Below are positions 49,782-62,650 of a DNA stretch of 64,000 nucleotides, piece by piece (positions within the stretch are counted from its first letter, which is position 1; each line of letters starts with the position of its first letter). A program made the translations under genes and the position numbers. Below the pieces are notes generated by a model that did not search any database, was not told where the DNA came from, and saw only the letters and a program-made list of their open reading frames with translations. Origin of the DNA: Squalus acanthias (lineage: Eukaryota); the NCBI GenBank assembly GCA_030390025.1, contig CM059432.1:94242001-94306000 (forward strand), in the 5' to 3' direction.

Positions 49782-52149
49782 AGCTAAAGTAAACGTTGGT
49801 CCCCTAGAGGATGGGTCTGGGGTATTAATAATGGGAAACAGGGAAATGGCAGAGACTTTGAACAAATATTTTGTATCGGTCTTCACGGTAGAAGACACTA
49901 AAAGCACCCCAATAATGGATAATCAAGGAGCTATTGGGGTGGGGGGGGGGGGGGGAACTTAAAACAATCACTAGAGAGAAAGTACCAGGCAAACTAATGG
50001 GACTAAAGGTGGACAAGTCCCCTGGACCAGATGGCCTGCATCCTAGAGTCTTAAAAGAGGTGGCTGCAGAGATAGTGGATGCATTGGTTATAATCTACCA
50101 AAATTCCCTGGATTCTGGAGAGGTCCCAGCGGACTGGAAAACCGCAAATGTAATGCCCCTATTTAAGAAAGGAGGGAGACAGAAAGCAGGCAACTATCGA
50201 CCAGTTAGCCTAACATCTGTCATTGGGAAAATACTGGAGTCCATCATTAAGGAAGTGGTAGCAAGACATTTAGAAAATCATAATATAGTCCAGCAGAGTC
50301 AGCATGGTTTTGTGAAAGGGAAATCATGTTTGACAAATTTGCTGGAGTTCTTTGAGGATGTAACTAGCAGGGTGGATAAAGGGGAACCAGTAGATGTCGT
50401 GTATTTTGATTTCCAGAAGGCATTCGATAAGTCGCCACATAAAAGGTTACTACACAAGATAAGAGCTCACGGGGTTGGGGGTAATATATTAGCATGGATA
50501 GAGGATTGGCTAACTAAGAGAAAACAGAGAGTCGGGATAAATGGGTCATTTTCAGGTTGGCAAACTGTATCTAGTGGGGTGCCGCAGGGATCAGTGCTGG
50601 GGCCTCAACTATTTACAATCTATATTAATGACTTGGATGAAGGGACTGAGTGTAATGTAGCCAAATTTGCTGATGATACAAAGATAGGTGGGAAAGCAAA
50701 TTGTGTGGAGGACACAAAGAATCTCCAAAGGGGCATAAGTGAGTGGGCAAAAATTTGGCAGATGGATTTTAATGTGGGAAAATGCAAGGTTATCCACTTT
50801 GGCAGGAAAAATAAAAAAGCAAATTATTATTTAAATGGGGAGAGATTACAAAATGCTGAGGTACAGAGGGATCTGGGGGTCCTTATACATAAATCACAAA
50901 AAGTTAGCATGCAGGAAGGCAAATGGAGTGTTGGCCTTTATTGCAAAGGGAATGGAGTATAAAAGTAGGGAAGTCCTGTTACAACTGTACAGGGTGTTGG
51001 TGAGACCACACCTGGAGTACTGCGTACAGTTTTGGTCTCCTTATTTAAGGAAGGATATACTTGCATTGGAGGCAGTTCAGAGAAGGTTCACGAGGTTGAT
51101 TCCGGAGATGAAGGGGTTGTCTTGAGCAGGTTGGGCCTATACTCATTGGAGTTTAGAAGAATGAGAGGGGATCTTATTGAAACATGTAAGATTCTGAAGG
51201 GGCTTGACAGGGTAGATGCAGAGAGGATGTTTCCCCTTGTGGGAGAATCTAGAACTAGGGGGCATAATTTCAGAATAAGGGGGCACCCTTTTAAATCGGA
51301 AATTAGGAGGAATTTCTTCTCTCAGAGGGTCGTGAATCTTTGGAATTCTCTTCCCCAGAGAGCTGTGGAGGCTGGGTCATTGGCTATATTTAAGGTAGAG
51401 ATAGACAGATTTTTGAAAGGTAAGGGAGTGAAGGTTTATGGGGAGCAGGCAGGGAAGTGGAGTTGAGGCCAAGATCAGATCAGCCATGATCTTATTGAAT
51501 GGCGGAGCAGGCTCGAGGGGCCAAATGACGTACGTTTTATGTTCTTATGATCCCCCCTACACCATTCACATTGAGTGATACTGAGGCCTGCTTAACTGAT
51601 CTCCCCTACAACATTCACATGGCACTTTCCTGTGTTATTGGTGAGAACCATCAGAGTCACTTGTGTCAGTCTTATTTGTGGAGATATTTATTCTAATCTT
51701 CCTGCTAGCCATGACACATCTCTATAGGTGTATCCTTTCTCATAGAAGCAAATTTCAAAAGTGCTAATAATTATGTCATTCAATTGCACAGGTTTTACAT
51801 ACTACAAAAGGAATTCAATTAAATCCTATCTTTTTTACCTATTAGATTTATTGCTGGGTAATTAAACCCATGCACTAAAATTATTCTTAATTGGGGCTTT
51901 TGTAGTCATGAATGCAAAAGTCAATGAACTGAATAGACTCGATCATTGCAGCAACATTAAAGTCAAATATATAATTTAGTGAAATCCAATAATCTCACAA
52001 AATTCCACATTTTATGTTTCACACATTGAACAGATAGGCATATAACATTGTCATGAAAACACACTGTTGCAATATTTATCTCAATGATTTGTAAATAGTA
52101 ATTAAGTGGAAAACAGCCGGCGTGCTTGTAGTGTTTTTCATTTCATCAC

Positions 52150-52540
52150 CAATTTTCTTTCCTCTACTTTCGTGAAGGCACTGACTCCATGCAGGGGCAC
52201 AGTTCCACAGGTTGTGGGTGCTCTCCAGTACATTGCTTAAGTGGCGATTATTCATGTGTGTACCTTTAGAGTGAGTAATGGCAGGTTATTTAACCACTGA
52301 AGGCATAACAGCTGAGCCCATTCGTTTACTCAGCCAATGATCACATACATGCACTTCCAGCATGATAGCAATAAGGAATGGGAACCATAGCCAACTTTCT
52401 CTCATTGTGCTGATGCCATTCTAACACCTCTACAACTGTCTAGGCTATATTCAGCTACCTCAGAACTGACCAGGGATTGAACTTGGGACATTCCTGATCT
52501 GTATGGCTCAGCTTCTCACTGCTTAAACCCACTGGGATAA
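52150..52540 (-). mobile_element. LF-SINE-like element, diverged
   Basis: Reverse-complement similarity to 38385-38770 including tRNA-like head (gggattgaacttgggac). Confidence 0.6.
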
Positions 52541-52550
52541 TTTTGTATGT

Positions 52551-52959
52551 CTGGTTATAGCATATATAGTAATATAGCTAACATAGATAATAAACAGATT
52601 GGAGCCTAATATCTGAGTTAGAGTCATTCTGTGTTCCATCAAGAAAAATACTAAAGGCGTCCCCAGTGACTCAGTGGGGGTAATTTTCACCATCACCCTT
52701 TGGCCGGTAATCTGGTGGAGTAGATTGCCCACCCATTGTAGAATTTTAATGGGATGAAATCGGGCGGGTTCTACAACTGGTGGGCAATCTGCCAGCTGCC
52801 AGATTACTGCCCAAAGGGTGAAGGTGAAAATTACTCAGAGTCACTGGGGACGCCTTTAATATTTTTCTTGATGGAACGCAGAATGACTTTTACTCAGATA
52901 TTAGGTTCCAATCTGTTTACTATCTATTGTAGCTATCTTACTACATAAACTTTAACCAG
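52551..52959. repeat. ~410-bp imperfect palindrome (fold-back) with MITE-like core
   Basis: Arms 52551-~52745 and ~52768-52959 are reverse complements, e.g. taaaggcgtccccagtgactc / gagtcactggggacgccttta. Confidence 0.9.
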
Positions 52960-53562
52960 GTCACAGTTACATTTTAGATGAGGAAGAAAATCGCTCCGAA
53001 ATGAGAAATTTTGGACATAAAACAATCTTTATTTTTGGCATTCTGTCTGCCAAATGATCTATCCGTTCCCACATCCAATTCCACAATAACACGACAGACT
53101 TTAAGTTAAATCACATATATCCTGCAGAAAATCCTTTTTTCCTACAAATTTATAGGAATAGTAGTAACTAAAATAAATCCAATGATCTGAATTGCAATAG
53201 GCATTCGTATGTTCCCACCTATTTCAGTCCTCCTGCTGCCTCTGACCTCACTGCTTCTATTCCCCATGCTTCCACACTTATCTACATAAATGAATGGTAT
53301 TAAAAAAGCTTAAGAACTGCTGATGAATTCTGAATCATTTCCACATAATTATGACATGGCATCGCTACCACTCAAAATGTTTAGAATTAGAAAATCCACC
53401 ATGGAACATTCACATCCCAGTCTAAACTTGGATTTAGAGAGTAGATTTTCCTTGTCCTCACTCGGTGCAAGCCAAGTAACTGGAACTCACTTTGGCAAAG
53501 TACCAGCTGCCCCGATTTTCTGATCCTTACTTCTGGTGGTCCATGTAATTGCCGCAAGTGAA

Positions 53563-54850
53563 GACAAAAGGTAAATCGTGCTTGACTAATCTACTAGAAT
53601 TTTTTGAGGATATAACTGGTAAAATAGATAAGGGAGAACCAGTGGATGTGGTGTATTTGGACTTTCAGAAGGGTTTCGATAAGGTCCCGCATAAGAGATT
53701 AGCGTGTAAAGTTAAGGCACATGGGATTGGGGGCAAGTTATTGACTTGGATAGAGAACTGGTTGGCAGACAGAAAGCAAAGAGTTGGAATAAATGAGTCT
53801 TTTTCCGAGTGGCAGGCAGTGACTAGTGGGGTACCGCAGGGATCGGTCCTAGGACCCCAGCTATTCACAATATATATTAATGATCTAGACGAGGGAATTG
53901 GATGTAATGTCTCCAAGTTTGCAGACGACACAAAGCTGGGTGGGAGTGTGTGCCATGAGGAGGATGCAGAGAAACTCCAGTATGATTTGGACAGGTTGTG
54001 TGATTGGGCAGAAGCATGGCAGATGCAATATAATGTGGATAAATGCGAGGTTATCCACTTTGGTGTCAAAAACAGGAAGGCAGATTATTATCTGAATGGC
54101 AATAGATTGGGAGAAGGGGAAGTACAACGAGACCTGGGTGTCCTTGTGCACCAGTCGCTGAAGGTAAGCATGCAGGTGCAGCAGGCGGTTAAGAAGGCAA
54201 ATGGTATGTTGGCCATCGTAGCGAAAGGGTTCGAGTACAGGAACAAGGATGTCTTGCTGCAGTTGTACAGGGCCTTGGTGAGACCACATCTTGAGTATTG
54301 TGTGCAGTTTTGGTCGCCTTATCTGAGGAAGGATGTTCTTGCCATGGAGGGAGTGCAGCGAAGATTCACCAGGCTGATACCTGGGATGGCAGGAATGACG
54401 TATGAGGAGAGATTGGGTCGATTGGGCTTATACTCGCTGGAGTTTAGAAGAATGAGAGGGGATCTCATTGAAACTTATAAAATTCTAACAGGACTAGACA
54501 GACTAGATGCAGGAAGGATGTTCCAGATGGCCGGGGAGTCCAGAACCAGGGGTCACAGTCTAAGGATAAAGGGGAAGCCATTTAGAACTGAGATGAGGAG
54601 GAATTTCTTCACCCAGAGAGTGGTGAACCTGTGGAATTCTCTACCACAGAAGGCAGTAGAGGCCAATTCATTAAATATATTCAAGAAGGAGTTAGATATA
54701 TTTCTTAAGGCTAAAGGGATCAAGGGATATGGGGAGAAGGCAGGGACAGGGTACTGAATTTGGATGATCAGCCATGATCTCATTGAATGGCGGAGCAGGC
54801 TCGAGGGGCTGAATGGCCTGCTCCTGCTCCTATCTTCTATGTTTCTATGA
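53563..54850 (+). mobile_element. Young CR1 LINE 3' fragment
   Basis: Uninterrupted RT ORF to 54757; near-identical to 6392-7714. Confidence 0.93.
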
Positions 54851-55331
54851 CTTGGAAAATCTACCTTTATATTTCTTAATTAGATATCAGGTGATGCTAC
54901 ACTATGCACCAAATAATCATATATAGGAAGTATAAATTTATGTTTCTGACCAGCTAGAAGAACCTATGGTCTGACATTTTGTTCCTTTATATTTCGATTT
55001 CCAAGTGCTGTTCCCACTGGGTGCAAGGCTCTTAGTGTTAAAATGATTTGATCACAAATTGCAACCAATGCTTAAAATGAAGGTGGAAATAGAAAAACGC
55101 AGTCACATTTGCAACTAAAATACATACTTGTTTACACCTTTGCTATAAATAATATTTTCTATGAGAAAGCCAAATTAAGAACTGTCAGCCTGGCTTATAC
55201 TGGAACTGCGTACCACAGAATATTAAAGCAGCTACACCAGCTCAATATTATGATATATAGTGATCCAATAATTATTAGAAGATTTCACAGTTTGTGAAAT
55301 TCCAGGAGATGGAGGTTTCATTATTTCTTAC

Positions 55332-55394
55332 CTCTTCTTTAAAAATCTTTGCTTGTTCTTCACAACCAGGGAGAGTCTGTACAAAGTTTGCTAC
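55332..55394 (-). CDS. L3MBTL4: Penultimate coding exon, SAM domain N-terminal part of L3MBTL protein
   Basis: tag|VANFVQTLPGCEEQAKIFKEE|gtaag, 63 nt, phase 0/0, joins in frame to the QIDGEAF exon. Confidence 0.88.
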
Positions 55395-55439
55395 CTAAAA
55401 TATATAACAAAAAAACATGTTTTGAAATACAAGAAAGAA

Positions 55440-56405
55440 TTTTCATTTATATAGTGCCTTTCTCGACTTCAATACGCCCCAAAATGCTTTAGAGCCAATA
55501 TTAAGTACTTTTGAAGTGGATTCACTGTTGTAATGTAGGAAATGTGGCATCCAATTTGCACACAGCAAGGCCCCACAAACAGAAATGTGATAATGAGCAG
55601 ATGATCTGTTTTTAGGTATCGGTTAATGGATAAATATTGGCCAGGACACCAGGGAAAAAACCCTTCTCTTCTTTGAAATAGTGCCATAGGATCTTTTGCG
55701 TCCACCAAAGAAGGCAGACAGGGCCTCAGTTTAACATCTCATCCAAAAGATGGAAGCTCCAACAATGCAGCACTCCTTCAGTACTGCTTTGGAGTGTCGG
55801 GGAAAAATTTGGTTGCTTTGCACCTCCTGTTAGCGCCCTAATAACGGGGCGCAAAGCAACTAGCACCCGGGCGCAGCGCCGCCAACGCGTCCCGCAAAAT
55901 TGAGATGACGTCATCGCCGTGCACAGCGCCCCGCTCGCGCCCCGGCTGTGATCTTCGGGAGCGCGCCCTGACTTACCGCCGGACGCTATGTCCGACGGGG
56001 TCAGGGTAGCCTACCTGTGGCCGGGGAGGCGCTATTTAAAGGCGAGGTGCGGGGCGGCCATTTTTGTTGCTGGGCGCCTGCCAGCACCTGCCTCTGCTCC
56101 CGTCCCCGGCCTCCTTACCTGCCCCCCCGCGGAGTGCCAGCTGCGCTCCATGAGCTCCGGGCTCTTTTGCCGGCACTCCCGATCCCCGCGGCGCGACGTG
56201 CCGCAGCGTGATATTCCCTCACAGCGCTCCAAGAGGGAGGCGGGGTGCTTCCAGTAGCGCCCCGCTTCCCTCTTGGGGCGCTACCACTCAATTTCCGTTG
56301 CGGGGGCGCTACTCAATTTTTAGCCCTCAGTCTCTGAAGAGAGACTTGAACTCACAACCTTTTGACTCAGAGACAAGAGTGCTACTCACTGAGCCACAGC
56401 TGACA
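55440..56405 (-). mobile_element. DeuSINE (SacSINE1-like) split by a MITE
   Basis: Reverse complement of 42893-43310 on both sides of 55799-56326. Confidence 0.8.
55799..56326. mobile_element. GC-rich Harbinger-like MITE
   Basis: Terminus GGGGAAAAATTTGGTTGCTTTG shared with the 24856 end; other terminus AATTTTTAGCCC. Confidence 0.7.
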
Positions 56406-57671
56406 CTGAAGTTAATGTAAAAGTTTTATCCAGACCCTGAAAATAAATTACATTTCTAAGTAAATAATTCAAGAAAATCTTGACGGAATCAACATTCTCA
56501 AGCCTACAGGACAAAAATGGATAAAATACTAGAGAAATATTTTTCTGTTTCTCATGGGAGAAGTACAGATGTGACTGATGCCAATGATTGGAGAAAAAAA
56601 GAACTGAAGCTGACCTCCAGTCTATACAGGATACAGAAAGCTCATATGATTCAGCCTGAAATTAAATGGATAGACATCCCTAGAGACTTCCACGCCATTG
56701 ATAGGTTAACTTTACTCATGGCATATGGAAGGGAAATAACAGAATAAACACGCTTTCAAGGACCTGTGATTATTATCTGTTGCTGAAAAATTGATTTGTT
56801 TCTGTGTCTGGCTTTGTAGTGCTACTGGTCTTGGAAATTCCTGTTGCAAGCACAGAATTGCACTGTGATAGTTAACTAGAATTGAACAAAATAGCCCTGA
56901 TATTTACTGGGGCGGGGTTTTGGAGCAGTGGGGAGGAATTATGGTCAGGAAACTTGGAAGTCCAGGTTTTCACAAACAATTCCATGGCATACGTGTTTTT
57001 TTTTGGAACAGATTCCCCATCCAGAAGCCAGCCTGATTGACAGGCTTGGCTGCCTGTTGGGCGGGGAGTGCTCCAGAAAAGGCCGCAGCCCTGAAGCAGG
57101 TAGGTTTTGTGGTTGTTGGGGGTAGAGATCGCCCTGGGGTGTGTGGGTACAGCGTGGTTGGGGGGAATTGATCGGAGAGAGATCGGGGTGGGGGGGTGGT
57201 TGGAGATCAGGGGCAGATTTTGGGGGTGGGGGGGTTGGGGGGAAAATGGAGATCAGGGGGAAGGTCGGAGATCGAGGACAGAGATGTGTGTCTTCAGGTG
57301 GGGGGGTGGGGGAGAGTTGGAGATCGAGGAGACGGAGAGATCAGAGGGGGTCGGAGATCGGGGAAAGAGATTGGGGTAGAGTTGGAGGGGGCGCGATGAT
57401 CACGAGGAGGGAGTCAGTGATGGGGGATGGTCGGGGAAGATTGCGGAGGTGAGGGGGGGGTGGGGCAGGGTTTACAGGTTAGCTTGGTGGGCCTAGAGGA
57501 AACACCTCTGCTCCTCCTGGCCCACAATCAGTGCTGCAAAGGCACCTATCTGATGGATCCAGCCCTTCTTGCCTCCTTTTACCTGCCGGGTTTCTGGTCA
57601 ACGTGCGTTAAGAATAGAAATCCTGTAAAAAATGGTGGCACGGAGCTTCCTTAAAAGGTTTCAACAACCGA

Positions 57672-57835
57672 CCTGCCTCCTGAGAGCGGATTGGTCACTT
57701 GCCCTGCCTCCTGAGAGCGGATTGGTCACCCGCCCCTTGCCCTGCCTCCTGAGAGCGGATTGGTCACCCGCCCCTTGCCCTGCCTCCTGAGAGCGGATTG
57801 GTCACCCGCCCCTTGCCCTGCCTCCTGAGAGCGGG
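57672..57835. repeat. 38-bp tandem repeat (~4.5 copies) in a probable MITE-like element (~56890-57900) with a G-rich core
   Basis: Unit cctgcctcctgagagcggattggtcacccgccccttgc; starts at 57672 (shorter), 57703, 57741, 57779, 57817 (partial). Confidence 0.9.
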
Positions 57836-59495
57836 TTGAGTTCCTGTTTCAGATTTTTAACATTTTAATTTCCCACCTGTTTTTGGGGGTTGAAATTACA
57901 CCTGAAGTGTTTGTAGCAGAACATTTCTGTCATAAGGCATGACATCAACAGTAAGTGGCTTTCAGTTGACTACTGACTGTAATTGGGGTTTAGTTCCATT
58001 ATTTGCTTCTTAATGAACCAAAACTGCAAGAATTAACATGCTAGTGTTGTCATTGTTACTGTAATACTGATGAAACAAAGTCATGACCAGCATTATAAAT
58101 TTATGAAAAAGTTTGGCTTTCAAAACAAATTCTACATATAATGCTAGCTTATTAAACATATTTGCCTTCTTTAAAAGCAGGGTTACAGTCGTGGACCTGC
58201 CAATGGTCATTCATATTATTTCAAAAATGTGTGTTATTTTAATACAACAGAAAAATATGAACACAGCCCTTAAACTCACTCATGCGCATCATAAATCTAA
58301 TTCCTAATATTACCTGTTGATAATACTCTCCTATATCTATAGCACTTGCTTCAAAACGTCAGATAGATTGTTTTAGTCTGGCTCCAAACCCATATTATCA
58401 TCTACATTGTAAGGGATAGCTGGAGGTTCTGCCACTTTTAAGCCAAAAAAAGAAACTCCTGGAAATGGTGAAGACCCAGCACACGCAACAGGTCTCGGCT
58501 GTTTTCTGGCAAGGTTCCGCCGGTCACTCGCTTGAGTTATTGCAGACCAGCAAAACCCCTGAGCAATTCCAGCCCCAATATCTTTTGAGTTTTTAAAAGC
58601 TAAAGCAACTAGTTGGCCACCAATAGCAGGTTGGCATTTGATAAGTGCAAAACTAACTGGCTCACTGAACCCTTTAACCTCCAGCTGTGAATGTTTGAAA
58701 AGAGCAAATACATTTAAAAATCTGATCAGATACTGGGGAGCATCTGTGAATACAAGCAGATGACTAGTAGTTTTCCCAGTGGGTCTTATGAAGCACTATT
58801 TTCAAATATATATATTTTGCACCAACCATCACTGCAAACTGAATTAGCTGCAAAGGCAAACATTCAACATGATCAAATAACCTGTTGCCACTCACTGTGT
58901 AGACTTACACAAAAGAATACCTAATAAGCAAGATAATGAAGGGCTGCAGGTGTTCATGAAACCAGACATCTGATGATTCAGTACCTTCAGGAGAAAAGCA
59001 AATTTCAGAAAAGGAGATGGGATACCAATTTTGAACAATTTTTCTTCCCTGCCTTCCCCCCCTACATGGTTGCATCTCCATTCTCTCTTCTATTTGCATT
59101 TGCATTTTTTTAAAGTTTATAATTACTTTGTAACTAGTAAAAATAATATTTATTCCACATCTTTAGAAAAAAATTTCCTCCGAGTTCAACTGCCTATTAT
59201 ATATTGGGATCTGTAGGGGAATTATTGTTTTTTGATTGGCTGAAGTCAGCTCCAAAGTCTATTTCAATCAATTGAGTGACTAAGGCCCCGATATTTGGGA
59301 CCCGCGCTGGGAGCGAGTTTTTTTTAATGCAGACACCTCACTATCATTTTACTTCCGGGTTTTCCGTCCAATCAGCGGCAGGGGATGTGATGTGGACCTG
59401 CATAATGCGATCTCAACTTCAGTATTGAAAGGGAGAATCCAAAGATGCAAGTTGGAGGAGTTGGAGTTGGCAGGAAGAGAAGAGGGAGTCTCACA

Positions 59496-61146
59496 ATGGA
59501 GTCCAGATGCTCAAAGGCTGCGCCCCACTTTACTGACGCCTCCCTGATGTGCTCAGGCAAGGTGAGTACAGTGGCACATTCACCTACATCCACCCCCTCA
59601 CTCTGCCTTCTTAAGCCTATTCCATCACATCACATCACTCCTCATACCCACTTACCTTGCAAGCGCGGCCATCCTTCTCTTTCTATGCACTTCCTCACAC
59701 TCCCATCTATCCATCCACCACTGCCACTTACCATCATCCTTATGCAATTTCATGCCTGTTCCTGATAGTCATCTTTACCAAATGCACTCCATCCATCGGG
59801 TGAACACATACCATTACAGTCACTCATAGGTCTGTTCTTTCCCCCTTTGCAGGGAGGAGAGCACAAAACACAAGGGAGAGAACTGGAGGTGGCCCTCCAC
59901 AGATCTCACAACTGACAAGGAAGAAGCGCTAGAGATCAGTGGCATCTCAGCGTCCCTGGCCATCAGAGATGGGAGATAGGGAGCGCCTAGCTACCTAGTG
60001 ACAGAATGAAATATCATCGACCCACATGTAATACAACACACAAGTCATGTTGACTTTATTTCAGCAGTGAAATATGATCACTTTCATAATGATAAGTTGC
60101 AACATTCTTACCTTGCCAGAACTAATTCATGTCTTTTCTCTCCAACAGGGCCTTCATGCGTGCAGCAGGAGTCCATGGACCTTGCGGATGACAAATCCTT
60201 AGAGGAGCTGATTCCTTCTGAGGGTGCACCATCACAGAACTCAAGCTTACCATGCACCAGCTCAGATACTCGCACTTCGGTGGGACCAGTTAGTTGGGTT
60301 TTCACCTGTTGACTCTCACTTCACAAGTGAGCAAGAGCAGATGGTGGTGGCAGGGACAGCAGTGCAGAGTCCACGTCAGAGGATGCAGCCCTCGCCAAGC
60401 TCTGCTCAGCTGGACACAGATGCTGTACCCCGGGGGCCGTCGATGAAAAATATAATCATTGAGGAGCACCAGAAAATGTGAAATGTACTGACAGGCCTTC
60501 CAAGCACACTATCCATGACTGCAGAGAGAATGGAGGAAGCATGAGTGGGTTGATGTCGCAGGGCATTGCGACGATATCGTCATACATGGATAAAGTGGCC
60601 AACTCCGTGGAACATCAAATGCTCCAATCAAATGAGTCCATGCATGCCTTGACCATGGCCGTGCAGACTCTCTGGATGCCAACATGTCTGGTACCTTAAA
60701 TAGGATGACAGACACGTCTCACTGACCTGCACCAAAGTGCTCACTACCACAGTGATAGCAGTGAAGTGCGGCTGGTCCATGAGAAGGATGATGGCAAAAG
60801 GGGACATGGAAGTGGAGACTCCATATAAGGCGCTATCACTTCTCACCCGTTGCCCCTCCCCAACACCCAGTCAGTAGCCCACATGCTACCTCCTCTCCTG
60901 ATGGCCGAGTCTGCCCCTGCACATGTGCAGGTGGAGCAGTCTTTGGTGGGGCCCTCACGGGCTCCACACCCAGCGGTCGTCGGGCAAAAGCATCTCAGCA
61001 GTCAGAGCAGGGATCTGAGCAGACTGCCTCTACATCTGCTGAAGCTACAGGGGCTGTACCACGTAGCAGCGGTAGGAAAAGGGAGAGTAAAGCTTTGTAG
61101 TTCACCAAGGGTATGCATATGGCTGCATGAGAAAATGTGGTTGTGA
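59496..61146 (+). pseudogene. Harbinger ORF2 Myb/SANT-like DNA-binding protein, spliced, decayed
   Basis: MESRCSKAAPHFTDASL start, intron 59562-59852 (GTGAGT...tttgcag), RERTGGGPP motif, second acceptor at 60148. Confidence 0.6.
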
Positions 61147-61339
61147 AGTTTCCGTTCTTTAGTAGAATCACACCAAATTTATTACCTTGCACCACTTTCT
61201 CGTGTTGCTCATTCTTGGTTGCTGGGTGGCAACTCACCTTTTCAGTTGCTTGTTGATGAATGGGAAGACATGAATTGACTGGACCAATGGGGGCGGGATG
61301 TGCAATGGGTGGTTGGTTGTTTACATGACTGCATTGTGT

Positions 61340-62650
61340 CAGTGGCATGGTGGGGGGTGGCTGGGGGGTGAAGAGTGGGCATTGCATATGGTTCTGATAT
61401 CGGTCCACTGGTGGTAACTAACTGAAACTTGTATTAATAAGGGCATCCCTGGCAGCAATGTGAGCAGCTGGTGCTGCTTTGGTGTCGTCACCTTCCTCCT
61501 CCTTGTCTTCCTCCTCTTACTCCTTGGATTCGTCCACAGACGATGTGCGCTCTGCGCCTTGTTCCATCTGTAGCTCCAATCCTCACTGCTGTGCAATGTT
61601 GTGCAGAGCGCAGCAACAGCACAACCTTTCTGGACATTCTGGCTGGTGCCTACTGAAGGGCGCCTCCAGATCTGTCCAGGCACCTGAAGCGTGTCATGAG
61701 CATGCCAAACACTTGCTCAATGACACATCTGGTGATTATCTGGCTTTCACTGTAGTGCTCCTGGGCTTCATTGGTCGGGTTTCTCACGGGTGTCATCAGC
61801 CAAGTTTGAAGGGGGTATCCCTTGTCTCCCAGCAACCACCCTTAAACGTGATTCCAGGTTCAAAGATGTCTGGGAGGGTGAACTGCTGCAGGATGAAAGC
61901 ATCATGGCAGCTCCCTGGGAATTTTGCGCACACCTGCATCAGTATCTTTTTGTGGTTGCACTCCAGTTGTACATTGATGGAGTGGAAGCCCTTGCGGTTC
62001 ATGAATACTCATGGTGGATCTGGGGGTGCTCGGATTGCCACGTGTGTGCAGTCGATGACACCCTGCACCTGTGGGAAGCCAGCCAGAGACGCAAACACGA
62101 GCGCCAGCTCATTCTGACTGGTATCATCAGAGGCGAAGTCACACAATTGCCGACCCTGGCAAACAACAAATCAGTCATTTTCGTTATGCATTTGTGAGCC
62201 GCCGGCTGGGAGAGCCTGGATATGTCTCCGGCAGAGCCCTAGAAGGATCTGGAGGCAAAACAGTTGAGGGCGGTGTGACAGCCACTGGTAATGCGTGGCC
62301 ACCAGGTCCAGCAGGGAGCAGGTCTTCTTCTAGGAGGCTGCAGATGCCTGCCACCACCTGACGCGACAACCTGATCCTCCGGAGGCACTGCTGTTCCGAC
62401 AGGTCAAGAAAGCTCAGCCTCTGCCTGTACACGCTGTTTCGCGGGTAATGCCTCCTGCGAGCTGCACCCCTCTGCTGCTCCCTTCGCAGATGTCCAGCTG
62501 CAGATCTGTCAACAGCAGGCTGTCGCTGCTGGTGCTCCCGCTCTGTGTTGTTCAGCTCCAGGTCTGTCAAGGGCAGGCTGTGGCTGCTGGTGCTGGTCAT
62601 GTTGCTCCTCATCCAAGGACCAATCTGAGGCAGCCAAGGCGCCACCCACC
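61340..62650 (-). pseudogene. Harbinger DDE transposase (HARBI1-like), frameshifted
   Basis: [35 protein letters not shown]...[51 protein letters not shown]. Confidence 0.9.

Larger units (their letters stand above)
47479..51547 (+). mobile_element. CR1 LINE (end of ORF1 plus ORF2) inserted in the minisatellite, with nested insertions
   Basis: APE 47597-48530, RT 49934-51466; tgatcc duplicated at both junctions. Confidence 0.92.

Noticed and set aside
58909..58984. 76-nt minus-strand segment with plausible acceptor and GTAAGT donor as an extra L3MBTL exon
   Set aside because: Translation does not resemble the expected upstream L3MBTL exon and length is not a multiple of 3; at most a cryptic exon, unsupported without RNA data
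61340..62650. Domesticated HARBI1 host gene
   Set aside because: Multiple frameshifts, paired with a Myb ORF and flanked by TAA duplication, so a decayed transposon
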